From assembly GCF_036365525.1 (NCBI RefSeq), contig NC_090384.1, positions 55,549,895-55,613,894 of the forward strand: a DNA stretch of 64,000 nucleotides, read 5' to 3'. The position numbers and the translations under genes were made by a program. The DNA is from Heterodontus francisci (taxonomy: Eukaryota). The notes beneath the pieces were generated by a model. It was not told where the DNA came from. It saw nothing but the letters and a program-made list of their open reading frames with translations, and searched no databases. Positions within the stretch are counted from its first letter, which is position 1; every line of letters starts with the position of its first letter. Positions 24,501 to 34,264 of the stretch are shown here, in pieces.

Positions 24501-27500
24501 TGCTCACAGCAAACATTCACAAACTGCAATGTGATAATGACCAGGTAATCTGTTTGTGTGATGTTGATTGAGGGATAAATATTGGCCAGGACACCTGGTA
24601 TAACTCCTCTGCTCCTCTTTGAAATAGTGCCATGGGCTCTTGTACCATAGCAGGCTGATGGGCCTCAGGCTAATATCTCATTCAAAGCCAATGCAATACT
24701 CCCTCAAGCACTACACTGGAAAGTCAATATTGCTTTTTGTGCTCAAGACATGGAGTGAGACTGGAACTCATAGCCTTATGATTCAGGAATAAGAGTAGGA
24801 CCAACTGAGCCACTGCTGAAACACAGCTGAAGAAATCTAAAGTTTATCTAAAAAAAACGCAAATATAAAAAATCCATCCAACTATTTACCGTGGCACTGA
24901 AGCCACTCCCATAATGCTGGGTGTAACTCAATTCCAAACAATTAACAGTTAGAAAGAATAAGCTATCAGTGATTGTACTTATTTCCATCCAAATTACTCC
25001 ATGTCATAAGAACATAAGAAATAGGAGCAGGAGTAGGCCATTCAGCCCCTCAAGCCTGCCCCGCCATTCAATAAGATCATGGCTGATCTGTCCCAGGCCT
25101 CAACTCCTCTTTCGGGCCTGCTCCGCATACCCTTCGACTCCCCGAGATTTCAAAAATCTCTCTACCTCCTCCTAGCCTCTACAGCTCTCTGAGGCAGAGA
25201 ATTCCAGAGATTCACCACCCTCTGAGAAAAGAAATTCCTTCGCATCTCAGTTTTAAATGTGTGCACCCTTATTCTGTAACTATGTTCCCTAGTTCGAGAT
25301 TCCCCCACCAGTGGAAACATATTCTCAACATCTACCAAGTCAAGCCCCCTTAAAATCTTACATGTTTCAGTAAGATCACGTCTCATTCCTCTAAACTCCA
25401 AATGTCATTATATCAATGGCTTGAATGAAAAACTACAGAGCTGTATATCCAAGTTTGTAGATGATACTAAGTTAGGAGGCATAGTAAGTCACATAGATAG
25501 GAGCAGGATGTTACATAAGGACACAGACGTTAAATATTTGAGCAAAACTGTGGAAGATGAAATTTAATGTGGGGCAGTGTGAGGTAATCCACTTTGGATC
25601 TAAAATCATAGATCTTCATGGCACCTGACTCAAAATTGTAAAGAAGCAAAGAAATTTGAGTGTCCATATACATAAAATCCTAAAAGGCTAGTGCACAGGT
25701 ACAAAAAGTAATCTAACAGGTGCACAGCCTTTTTCCTCAAGGAGTTAGAATACAAAGGAGAAAGGTTTACACTTCAGTGTACAAAGCCTTGGCCAGACCC
25801 CATCTGGCATTTTGTGTTCGCTATTGGGCACTATACCTCAGGAAGGATATGTATTTATATATATGTATAATAAATCGCTACAAATTTTAAAAAGAGGACA
25901 TATGATGGTTTCTTCCAACCTTTATTTACATGTGGTTGACCAGAATGATATTAGAGTGTAAAGGGTTAAACTATGATAACAGTTTGCATTTTTTAATATA
26001 TTCTTTCATGGGATGTGAACGTTGCTGGCAAGGTCAGCCTTTGTTGCCCAACCCTAATTGCCTGAGAAAAGCTAGTGGTGAGCTCCTTTCTTGAACTGTT
26101 GTAGTCCATCTGGTGTAGGGACATCCACAGTGCTGTTAGGAAGAGAGTTCTGGGTTTTTGACCCAGTGACAGTGAAGGAACGGCGATATAGTTCCAAGCA
26201 GGTGGTGGTGTTCCCAAGCCTCTGCTGCCCTTGTCCCTCCAGGTGATGGAGGCCACAGGTTTGGAAGATGCTGTCAAAGGAGGCTTGGCAAGTAACTGCA
26301 GTACATCTTGTATATAGTACACACTGCTGCCACTGTGCATCTGTGGTGGAGGAATGAATATTTAATGTGGTGGATGGAGTGCCAATCAAGTGGGCTGTTC
26401 TGTTCTGGATGGTGTCTAGCTTCTTGCATGTTTTTGGAGCTGCATTCATCTAGGTAAATGGAGAGAATTCCATCACACTCCTGACTTGTGCCTTGTAGAT
26501 AGTGGACAGGCTTTGATGAGTCAGGAGGTGATTTACTTGCTGCAGAATTCTCAGCTCTGACCTGGTCTTCTAGCTGGTCCTGTTAAGTTTCTGTGCAATG
26601 GGAACCCTCAGGATGTTGATGGTGGGGGATTGAGCGATAGTAATGCCTTGAATGCCATGGGCTGATGGTGCGAGTCTCTCTTGTTGGAAATGGGCATGTC
26701 TGGCACTTTTGTGTTACTTGCCACTTATCAGCCCAAGATTGATGTTCACATCTTGCTGCATGTGGACAAGGACTCCAGAAACTGCTGCCAATTTCAGAGG
26801 AGTAATGATAATGAACGCTAACAGTTTAGTTGTCATTACTACCACCTAATAAGGGATTTTTAAACATAGCACAGCAATTTCATGATTGAAAGAGTACTCA
26901 TTATTATGGCAATGATCTTTATATTTTTCAAAAATGTTCTCAGTTAAGAGTAAGCAGGGAAAATATACAGAAAAGTATGAACTTAGATGGGAAAAGTTCT
27001 TAAGAATCAGAAAAGTGTAAATTAAACCATTCTATACTATTACAGGTTTTTGACTTGAGTGCAGACCAGAGCAAACTCCAGGATTAACAGTGATTTTCTT
27101 AATAACTGTAGAAGTTAATGTGCAAGTCAGAGATTAGACAACGACAAATACTTCTTGATGCTCTGAACAACAGCAGATGGCACAATAAGAGTGAATTCTT
27201 CTTACTGAAATCATAGGCAGGGGGAGGTATAGGAGAATACTCTACTGAAAGAAAGAAATCATAAATCATTTTAGCTGCATTTCTTAGAAAAGAAAGCTTC
27301 AACGAAAAAAGTTCAAACTTTTGTCTTTGTGCCTTCAGTTTGTAAAATGCGAATTTAAAGAAAAATCAGATCAGTAATGATCTTGACGGGAAAATTGAAA
27401 GCAAGACCACAACACAGAAAGCTGAAATCTTCCTTTTTTTAGTTTAGAAATACAGCACTGAAACAGGCCCTTCTGTGTCGACCATTAGGATTTATACTAA

Positions 27501-28225
27501 TCCTACACTAATTCCATATTCCTACCACATCCCCACCTGTCCCTATCACCTACTAGGGGCAATTTATAATGGCCAATTTACCTACCAACCTGCAAGTCTT
27601 TTGGCTGTGGGAGGAAACCGGAGCACCCAGAAAAAACCCATGCAGACACAGGGAGAACTTGCAAACTCCACACAGGCAGTACCCAGAATTGAACCCGGGT
27701 CGCTGGAGCTGTAAGGTTGCAGTGCTAACCACTGCGCCGCCCTAACTGGGAGCAGCCACATTTCAATGATTTTTCTCCCCTAGGATAAGTATCTCTGAAA
27801 ACATGGAGTTTATCAGTGTGTCCGAATTATTGGCTCTTTTACTTTCCTCATTACACAGTCATTTATTGATAGAGTTAATGAGAAAAGTCACTTAAGAATC
27901 ATTATACTGCACAACCCTTTTGTATTTGGGGTTCAAATAAAAACGATGACTGCAAGTATTTCAATTACTGAAAACGTTTCGATAAATCATCGGTAAAAAC
28001 TAAATCCACGCAGCACAGCATAAGGTCTAAACTCTTCGCACGCAGAATTGGCCTGAAGCAAAATAAAGGTCAAATTTCAGAATCAGATCATTATTACAGG
28101 CTTGTCTGTTTCGGCTTCCAGTGCCCACAATCTGACCCAAGAGAGACCAGAACCCAGAACCCTGCTATTTTACCTGATAATGAAATAAAATACACGATGA
28201 TAACACACAAAGGTAAGAACCTCAT
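480..28225 (-). CDS. NCR3LG1: B7-H6 / NCR3LG1-like gene (SP-IgV-IgC1-TM-cytoplasmic), 5 coding exons in window, 3' end runs off the left edge
   Basis: Exons 28174-28225, 22765-23103, 9131-9445, 7044-7136 and 480-554 splice in frame (874 nt, all phase 1, GT-AG). The product MRFLPLCVIIVYFISLSGSLELEIF...GNASLYLPNVQLNEEGNYTCIVFVTPHK...FYPKQINISWLK...NSDGTFSVSSKL...YRCVVKH...NFTL closely parallels human B7-H6 as recalled ([57 protein letters not shown]; NFTL). Confidence 0.85.
1347..1654 (-). mobile_element. HE1-like tRNA-derived V-SINE
   Basis: Minus-strand head GGCGGTGCAGTGGCTAGC (A box)...GGGTTTAATTC (B box), V-domain-like core, and CR1-type tail GGGCCTGTTTCAGTGCTGTATCTCTAAA. Near-copies at 27435 and 44716. 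Confidence 0.85.
1905..2245 (+). mobile_element. Degenerate SacSINE1-like DeuSINE
   Basis: tRNA-like head TGGCTCGGTTGGTAGC...GGTTTAAGCTCCACTCCA, then a decayed Deu-domain-like body. It is the reverse complement of the copy at 24385-24817. Confidence 0.65.
2281..2940. mobile_element. Degenerate Harbinger-type MITE (family of 8233 and 56182)
   Basis: Starts CAGCTGAATTTC and shares the internal CCAATCAG..GGCAGCTC..CAGTGGCCA core and the TAATTGGCCACTTA motif with the other copies. Right boundary approximate. Confidence 0.5.
3530..7021 (-). mobile_element. CR1 LINE, 5'-truncated within the ORF1 SGNH esterase; ORF2 APE endonuclease plus RT, frameshifted
   Basis: ORF1 motifs SMVRG, LPGA, VHIGTNN and LHLN; APE motifs FNARSI, YRPP, GDFN, LDLV and SDH; RT motifs GVPQGSVLGP and KFADD; (TTGTTCT)n 3' tail. 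Confidence 0.95.
7044..7136 (-). CDS. NCR3LG1: NCR3LG1-like exon: transmembrane segment and basic stop-transfer
   Basis: Acceptor ttttatattttaacAG|AA, donor AAA G|GTAAAG, 93 nt. Translates EQIPIGPIVGGFAALLCAVCLGVCIWKKKCK. Confidence 0.88.
8233..8974. mobile_element. Harbinger-type MITE
   Basis: Imperfect TIRs GGCCGGAACTTAA / GTAAAATTCTGGCC. The interior is the reverse complement of the 56182-56941 copy. Confidence 0.7.
9131..9445 (-). CDS. NCR3LG1: NCR3LG1-like exon: IgC1 domain
   Basis: Acceptor ttctctcttacacAG|TC, donor GAA G|GTAAGA, 315 nt. C1-set motifs LACDVKEFYPKQINISW, NSDGTFSVSS and YRCVVKH. Confidence 0.93.
10961..13054 (-). mobile_element. Penelope-like retroelement: RT C-terminus plus GIY-YIG endonuclease, with inverted pseudo-LTRs
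   Basis: ORF 11444-12724 has MGTRMGPSYA, RYIDD and VVYCIRCSQCGLLYIGET..RFAEH. Inverted repeats of about 305 bp (10961-11264 / 12716-13019) with a ~35-nt tail on the right. TSD AAGGTTTAAGAAGAA at 10949-10963 and 13055-13069. Confidence 0.95.
12917..12953 (+). ncRNA. Minimal type I hammerhead ribozyme motif in the Penelope pseudo-LTR; minus-strand copies at about 11027-11063 and 13657-13693
   Basis: AGTT-CCGAAGA-A-GGGTC-GCT-GACCC-GAAAC-GTT-AACT: stem I AGTT/AACT, CUGANGA-like core with a U-to-C change, 5-bp stem II, GAAA, palindromic AACGTT stem III. Confidence 0.7.
13555..13692 (-). mobile_element. Solitary Penelope pseudo-LTR end fragment with tail
   Basis: Near-identical to the reverse complement of 12919-13054, inserted in the Gypsy leader. 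Confidence 0.85.
14272..14998. mobile_element. Non-autonomous TIR element, probably Harbinger-type
   Basis: Imperfect TIRs GACCTGGATTTTGCAGT / ACAGCAAAATCTGGGCC around non-coding sequence. Confidence 0.5.
15044..15460. mobile_element. hAT-family MITE (417 bp)
   Basis: TIR TAAAGGCCTGCT / AGCAGGCCTTTA, perfect 8-bp TSD GTTCACAT (15036-15043, 15461-15468), subterminal CCCGA repeats. Confidence 0.92.
15802..17999 (+). mobile_element. Deleted Gypsy (Mag-like) LTR element: LTRs 15802-16068 and 17729-17999, gag and protease only
   Basis: Paired LTRs, 5-bp TSD AGAAA, PBS-like TGGTGGCAGC, gag ARKCKF..IDQLIWG, zinc knuckles CRNCG..H / CRACGKTNHWEKMC, protease KIDTGAQSNI. RT and integrase are deleted near 17400. 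Confidence 0.9.
19340..19640 (+). mobile_element. CR1 5' UTR / ORF1 N-terminal fragment
   Basis: MAGHLSPVEC..AMCEL...HMYRKCHQL resembles the Cys-rich N-terminus of shark CR1 ORF1. Confidence 0.5.
19767..21270 (+). mobile_element. Decayed PIF/Harbinger transposon with Myb/SANT-like DNA-binding gene
   Basis: Starts with TIR GGGCTAAATTTTAT. The frameshifted exon reads APWFNDASLQALLQAARERWEVLF...WTEIMEEISS..TPRTWIQCRKKISDL and ends AAG|GTGAGT at about 20299. Right boundary approximate. Confidence 0.75.
21690..22109 (+). mobile_element. 3' fragment of a CR1/L2-group LINE
   Basis: Ends CAATTAGGGATGGGCA...CCACATCCCATGAATGAATAAAAAAA. Same family as 25990-26780; the tail is shared with the SINE at 55739. 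Confidence 0.7.
22765..23103 (-). CDS. NCR3LG1: NCR3LG1-like exon: IgV domain
   Basis: Acceptor ttttattttaaAG|GA, donor TCA G|GTAAGA, 339 nt. Has Cys-B (LLKC), Trp-C (VRW), GNASL and GNYTC, a VFVTPHK FG loop, and sequons NAS and NYT. Confidence 0.93.
23500..24190 (-). mobile_element. Old CR1 ORF1 fragment
   Basis: QGSPVNVELPTRYSVL motif and remnants of VISGLF and VGTY esterase sequence. Confidence 0.5.
24385..24817 (-). mobile_element. SacSINE1-like DeuSINE
   Basis: Minus strand has a tRNA-like head (GTGGCTCAGTTGG), Deu-domain-like TGTCCTGGCCAATATTTATCCCTCAA, and tail TACTTCATTGGCTGTAAAGC. Confidence 0.8.
25005..25422 (-). mobile_element. CR1 LINE 3' fragment (subfamily of 40335)
   Basis: RRMRGDL-like and FFSQRVVNLWNSLP motifs, (TTCTTATG)n tail, near-identical to 40335-40750. 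Confidence 0.9.
25423..25985 (+). mobile_element. Old CR1 RT fragment
   Basis: SKFVDDTKLGG and FNVGQCEVIHFG remnants with stops. Confidence 0.7.
25990..26780 (-). mobile_element. 3' fragment of a CR1/L2-group LINE
   Basis: KKLDTIQNRTAHLI..NSLPNSTV...LQQFKK, with the same 3' tail as the copy at 21690. Confidence 0.75.
27435..27741 (-). mobile_element. HE1-like V-SINE
   Basis: A box GGCGCAGTGGTTAGC, B box GGTTCAATTC, same body and tail as 1347-1654. Confidence 0.85.
28174..28225 (-). CDS. NCR3LG1: NCR3LG1-like exon: signal peptide MRFLPLCVIIVYFISLS(G)
   Basis: ATG with A at -3 (AAGATGA), hydrophobic 17 codons, ends TCA G|GTAAAA in phase 1, joins the IgV exon as GGA (Gly). Confidence 0.8.
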
Positions 28226-28304
28226 CTTCCAACGGGAAAATACGAACTTTATCCATGGAATAGATTCCTGAAAATCTGTCGCCAGTTTCCAAACTACGTG
28301 GATC

Positions 28305-28321
28305 AGTTTCACTTTCGTTTC
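28305..28321 (-). promoter_or_regulatory. ISRE / IRF-binding element in the NCR3LG1-like promoter
   Basis: AGTTTCACTTTCGTTTC (minus: GAAACGAAAGTGAAACT) matches the ISRE consensus AGTTTCNNTTTC with a third GAAA core, 80-96 bp upstream of the ATG. Confidence 0.7.
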
Positions 28322-28699
28322 AAACTGATCATACCCGATGTGGGTTTATGGAGTGATTGTACTGAGGACTTTACACCAAGGTGTGATATAAAAAAACACT
28401 GGAATGGTTGTAAACTGACATGTATTTTATCTATTTTAAAGTTAAATGCAAGAGAGTATTCTTGTTTATTCTCTACCGAAATGATTGTTCAGCTGGTTAC
28501 GTTTTTACACAAGATTACTTTTTTACACCCACTCCCAACACATTCCTGGACTCATTGCAAACACTGCTCAGCACAGCCCAGCACCAGTTTCATTGGCCGT
28601 GTTGAAATTAGACTCCTCAATGTTAAGCATCTCTTTCTACCGGCAACAGAACATGTCCAAGCGTGGATGTTAATACCAAGAAAATCTCTTGCAGTGGCA

Positions 28700-29500
28700 C
28701 GCAACAGAACCCGGGATGGGGGGGACAGAGCCCGGGAGACACAACCGGAGGAGGGGTGGCGGTGGTTATCGAGGCCCTGTACAGGGGGGCGGGGTGGAGG
28801 CGGGAGGAACGGAGCCCCAGGGAACAGATCCCGGAATCGGGCGGCGCAGAGCCCAATTTGACAGAGCCCTGAGTGGGGTGGGCAGAGGCCAGTGTGACTG
28901 AGCCCGGGATGGCTGATAGGGGTGGGTGTGCAATGGACAGGAAGGGGTGGGGTACAGAGCCAGGGTTGGGGGGGTTCAGAGCCTGCGATGGGGGGGGTGG
29001 GTGGCACAGGTTGGGGATGGGGATGCAGAACTGGAGGGGCATTGAGACAAACAGAGCATGGGAGGGGCATAGCAAGTTAAGCAGAGTGAGGGGCATAAGG
29101 GGGAATCAGAGTCTGGGGGAAGAATAAGTAGAGCGGGCGGAAGCAGGAGGAAAGTGGAGTGCAGGAGGGGGTGACGGTGAGAAAAGAAGGGGAAGGGGAG
29201 CAGACGCAAGCAGGTGGGAGCAGAAGTAAGGGGAGTAGGAAGGGGGAGCAGGTGGGGAGTAGGAGCACGGAAAGTTGGGGGCAGTGGGTGGGGAGCAGGA
29301 GCCTTCAATGGAGCAGAGCATTGGTGTGAGAAGTGTGATAGGTGTAGCAGATCAGGGAGAGAGTGAGGGTGGAAGGAAGGAAAACGTGACCCAGGACTAA
29401 GGGTGCTGGGTGAAGGAGAGAGAACACATTCCAGGTCTAAGGGGTTGTAGCAGGGAAGAGAGGGACAATGGTCCAGACAGGGTGATGAATCATGTTCTCC
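28700..29500. repeat. G/purine-rich low-complexity tract upstream of the NCR3LG1-like promoter
   Basis: Dense GGG/GGGG runs on the plus strand. The overlapping Pro- and Gly-rich ORFs are compositional artefacts. Confidence 0.6.
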
Positions 29501-31615
29501 TCCCTGGTTACCACAGTGCCCCATCTGCCACTGCAGCTCTCACCCAGAGTGTTTATCTTGACAGAGTGACTAGCAACAGTGTGGATACTGCCGGGTTTCG
29601 ATCAAGTCATGATGTTATCTTCTGCACATGGGTCAGGCCACCCATTGACATCACTCATCCTAAAAGCTGCGACTCCTCTAATTATGTCATTCTGACTCAT
29701 TTTTGTTGAATGAAATACATCTCACTAAACCAATCTTCCATCTCAAATTATGTAAAACAGTCAAAGCAATTCAGCTTCAGAGAAACAGCTGCAGCAACCC
29801 ACATGATCAAGAGGCCACATATTTAAAAGGTTACACAATTCAATCGCTGGGTTGGCCTGGCATTCCATGCAGTGTTTTTAGGGTCGAAGTGAGTTTGGAG
29901 GCTGTTCAGTCTGGAGGGCCCACTCATTCAGTAGACAAGGAAGTATCGTGGATGTTTTCACAGATCATGCTGATAGTGTGCCATGAGTGACTCCTGGTTC
30001 ACAATGACTGGCAGAAATTGGTGCCATTCAACCCCCTAGAGTGGGCCCTGGCTTGTCAGACTTGCCAATCCTCATAGCTACTTAATTCATTTCATTTCCA
30101 CTTGGTCAGCCCTAAACCAGGGAAGTAGCGACTGTGCTGTGTCCCTGCATGGCCACAGAACTAGGTTTGTGCCTCCTCACTGAGTTCCCTTTGTACCTTG
30201 GCACATGATACTTGAACTATTACCATCCACCTCTTGGTGGGCAACAGCCACAATTCTGTGAGAATCCCAGTAAAGCCTTTACAATAGCAGCAGTCACCTC
30301 TCAACAAGTTGCAGGGAAACACTGCAATGCCATGTAAGGTACAGGTCAGTTGAATGTCCTTTGGATTCCTCAAAGGTGCTGAATGCTTTGAGAAAGAAGC
30401 ACAGAGCAGCCTGGTGCCTCTGGAAGAACATTTCTTGCACCTGATCCACCCATTCTGTCATTTACTGAAGCAACAACTCTGATATACCCATTCAGGCAGG
30501 TGGTCTTACTAATAAAGAGCAGATTTTACTAGGTGGATCCCTGAACAGCAGTGAGTAGGTGGAGCTGGTTGGCAAATCTAAGGAGACATCTGTCTCTCCT
30601 GAGAGGTGACATGTGCGAGAGCCCTCAACTGAGGATTCCAAGACCAAGAATTCAGTGATGTTGCCTGTTAACAAGCAATGATTCCAGAGCATTGGTCTCA
30701 CATGCAAGCTGTAGAGACTGTCTCATGTCTCGTCTCATGGTGCTGATGACAGGAAAATTCGAGAAGTTGCGAACCTACATCTGCAGTGTAATGAGGAAGG
30801 CAGAAGAAGAAGGAAAACTCTGGTGACTGGGAGTCCAGGAGATTAATGTAGCCGCTGGCCAGACATTAGGAGAAGAGTATAAGAGCTGTCATCATTTCTG
30901 TACTGGCAACAGTTACTTGTTCTATAGATTACAGTCTTGCAAACTAACCTTGACTGCTCAGAAACTGCAGTTTCAGTGTGGAAGACATGACTCCTAGTTG
31001 AATCCATTTTTCAGAATCACACCCCTGTGTACTTGCATTAAACCATGCACTGCACCCAATGACCCTGTTCATTTGATTCTAGTGTGTGTACTGTCAGCAG
31101 AATGATCATGGCCACAGAAGTGTCATGGAACAGAAATCATGGCAGAAATCGATGTGGCCAGTTCTGATGCTGAGTTTTAGCTGAGGGGCCCTGCCTGACT
31201 TCATTTTCCAGTGGTTTTCAAAAGGAAAATCCAGGGCTTTGTATCTGAGAAGGTTGTAAACAGTCTGCTGTTCAGACTACACATTGACCTGTTGGGCACT
31301 GCTGGTCAGAGAGCTACTGATGTGCTGTGGCCAGTGCAGAGACAATGCAGAGAAAAGAGAAATGCTCCTAGTATAGGAGAAAACAAAATTGATTCAAATG
31401 TAGGAATGATATCGAGAAATCATCCTTCATACAAGGCAATCCAAATAGTCTGGCTCAATCATAATGTGATTTTTTTTTTCAATGAGCAACATCAGACTTA
31501 GGAGAAGGAGTAGGCCAGATGGTGCTTTGAGCCTGCTCTGCCATTCGATAAAATCATGGCTGATCTGGAGGAAGAGAAGCAATGGAAGGAGGATGAGCAA
31601 TATTCATAGATACAC

Positions 31616-34264
31616 TGCTTGAGTTGTGTACCGATCATAACCTCTGCATCACCAACTCATTCTTTCACACTAAACCATGTCACCAGGTTTCATGGAGGTA
31701 CCAAATATCGCGTCGTTGGCACCAGCTAGACCTCATTGTCACAAGGCGAGCTGCCTTAAACAGTGTTCAAATCACATGCAGCTTCCACAGTGCGGACTGC
31801 GACACCAACCACTCCCTAGTGTGCAGCAAGGTTAGACTCAGACCAAAGAAGTTGCATCATTCCAAGCAGAAGGGCCACCCACGCATCAACACGAGCAGAA
31901 TTTCTCACCCACAGCTGTTAGAAAAATTTCCAAATTCACTTGTAACAGCCCTTCAAAACACTGAGACCAAGTGGGCCCACATCAGAGACACCATCTATGA
32001 GTCAGCTTTGACCACCTACGACAAAAGTGCGAAGAGAAATGCAGACTGGCTTCAATCTCATAATGAAGAGCTGGAACCTGTCATAGCCGCTAAGCGCATT
32101 GCACTGTTGAACTACAAGAAAGCCCCCAGCGATTTAACATCCGCAGCACTTAAAGCAGCCAGAAGCACTGCACAAAGAACAGCCAGGCACTGTGCAAACG
32201 ACTAATGGCAACACCTATGCAGTCATATTCAGCTGGCCTCAGACACCAGAAACATCAGAGGAATGTATGATGGCATTAAGAGAGCTCTTGGGCCAACCAT
32301 CAAGAAGATCGCCCCCCTCAAATCTAAATCAGGGGACATAATCACTGACCAATGCAAGCAAATGGACCGCTGGGTTGAGCACTACCTAGAACTGTACTCC
32401 AGGGAGAATGTTGTCACTGAGACTGCCCTCAATGCAGCCCAGCCTCTACCAGTCATGGATGAACTGGACATACAGCCAACCAAATCGGAACTCAGTGATG
32501 CCATTGATTCTCTAGCCAGCGGAAAAGCCCCTGGGAAGGACAGCATTACCCCTGAAATAATCAAGAGTGCCAAGCCTGCTATACTCTCAGCACTACATGA
32601 ACTGCTATGCCTGTGCTGGGACGAGGGAGCAGTACCCCAGGACATGTGCAATGCCAATATCATCACCCTCTATAAAAACAAAGGTGACCGCAGTGACTGC
32701 AACAACTACCGTGGAATCTCCCTGCTCAGCATAGTGGGGAAAGTCTTTGCTCGAGTCGCTCTAAACAGGCTCCAGAAGCTGGCTGAGCGCATCTACCCTG
32801 AGGCACAATGTGGCTTTCGTGCAGAGAGATCGACCGTTGACATGCTGTTCTCCCTTCGTCAGATACAGGAGAAATGCCGCGAACAACAGATGCCCCTCTA
32901 CGTTGCTTTCATTGATCTCACCAAAGCCTTTGACCTCGTCAGCAGACGTGGTCTCTTCAGCCTACTAGAAAAGATTGGATGCCCACCAAAGCTACTAAGT
33001 ATCATCACCTCATTCCATGACAATATGAAAGGCACAATTCAACATGGTGGCTCCTCATCAGAGCCCTTTCCTATCCTGAGTGGCGTGAAACAGGGCTGTG
33101 TTCTCGCACCCACACTTTTTGGGATTTTCTTCTCCCTGCTGCTTTCACATGCGTTCAAGTCCTCTGAAGAAGGAATTTTCCTCCACACAAGATCAGGGGG
33201 CAGGTTGTTCAACCTTGCCCGTCTAAGAGCGAAGTCCAAAGTACGGAAAGTCCTCATCAAGGAACTCCTCTTTGCTGACAATGCTGCTTTAACATCTCAT
33301 GCTGAAGACTGCCTGCAGAGTCTCATCAACAGGTTTGCGGCTGCCTGGAATGAATTTGGCCTAACCATCAGCCTCAAGAAAACGAACATCATGGGGCAGG
33401 ACGTCAGAAATGCTCCATCCATCAATATTGGCGACCATGCTCTGGAAGTGGTTCAAGAGTTCACCTACCTAGGCTCAACTATCACCAGTAACCTGGCTCT
33501 GGATGCATAAATCAACAAGCGCATGGGAAAGGCTTCCACTGCTATGTCCAGACTGGCCAAGAGAGTGTGGGAAAATGGCGCACTGATACAGAACACAAAA
33601 GTCCGAGTGTATCAGGCCTGTGTCCTCCGTACCTTGCTCTATGGCAGCGAGGCCTGGACAACGTATGTCAGCCAAGAGCAACGTCTCCATTCATTCCATC
33701 TTCGCTGCCTCCGGAGAATACTTGGCATCAGGTGGCAGGACCGTATCTCCAACACAGAAGTCCTCGAGCTGGCCAACATCCCCAGCTTATACACACTACT
33801 GAGTCAGTGGCGCTTGAGATGGCTTGGCCATGTGAGCCGCATGGAAGATGGCAGGATCCCCAAAGACACATTGTACAGCGAGCTCGCCACTGGTATCAGA
33901 CCCACCGGCCGTCCATGTCTCCGCTTTAAAGACGTCTGCAAACGTGACATGAAATCCTGTGACATTGATCACAAGTCGTGGGAGTCAGTTGCCAGCGTCC
34001 AACAAAGCTGGCGGGCAGCCATAAAGGCGGGGCTAAAGTGTGGCGAGTCGAAGAGACTTAGTAGTTGGCAGGAAAAAAGACAGAGGCGCAAGGGGAGAGC
34101 CAACTGTGTAACAGCCCCGACAAACAAATTTCTCTGCAGCACCTGTGGAAGATCCTGTCACTCTAGAATTGGCCTTTATAGCCACTGCAGGCGCTGCTTC
34201 ACAAACCACTGACCACCTCCAGGCGCTTATCCATTGTCTCTCGAGATAAGGAGGCCAAAGAAGA
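31616..34264 (+). mobile_element. RTE-clade LINE, 5'-truncated, one reading frame with two premature stops
   Basis: APE end (HQLDLIV, CDTNH), RT (YRGISLL, GVKQGCVLAP, LFADN in place of FADD), C-terminal CSTCGRSCHSRIGLYSHCRRC. ORFs 31624, 32263 and 33523 share one frame. Confidence 0.95.

Noticed and set aside
28298-29524. Overlapping Pro/Gly-rich ORFs of 150-190 aa
   Set aside because: Low-complexity G-rich DNA with no recognisable domain.
29567-29653. MHC-type SXY module (CTAGCAACAG X1-like; TGACATCA)
   Set aside because: No X2 or Y box at the required spacing; an isolated RFX-like motif is insufficient.
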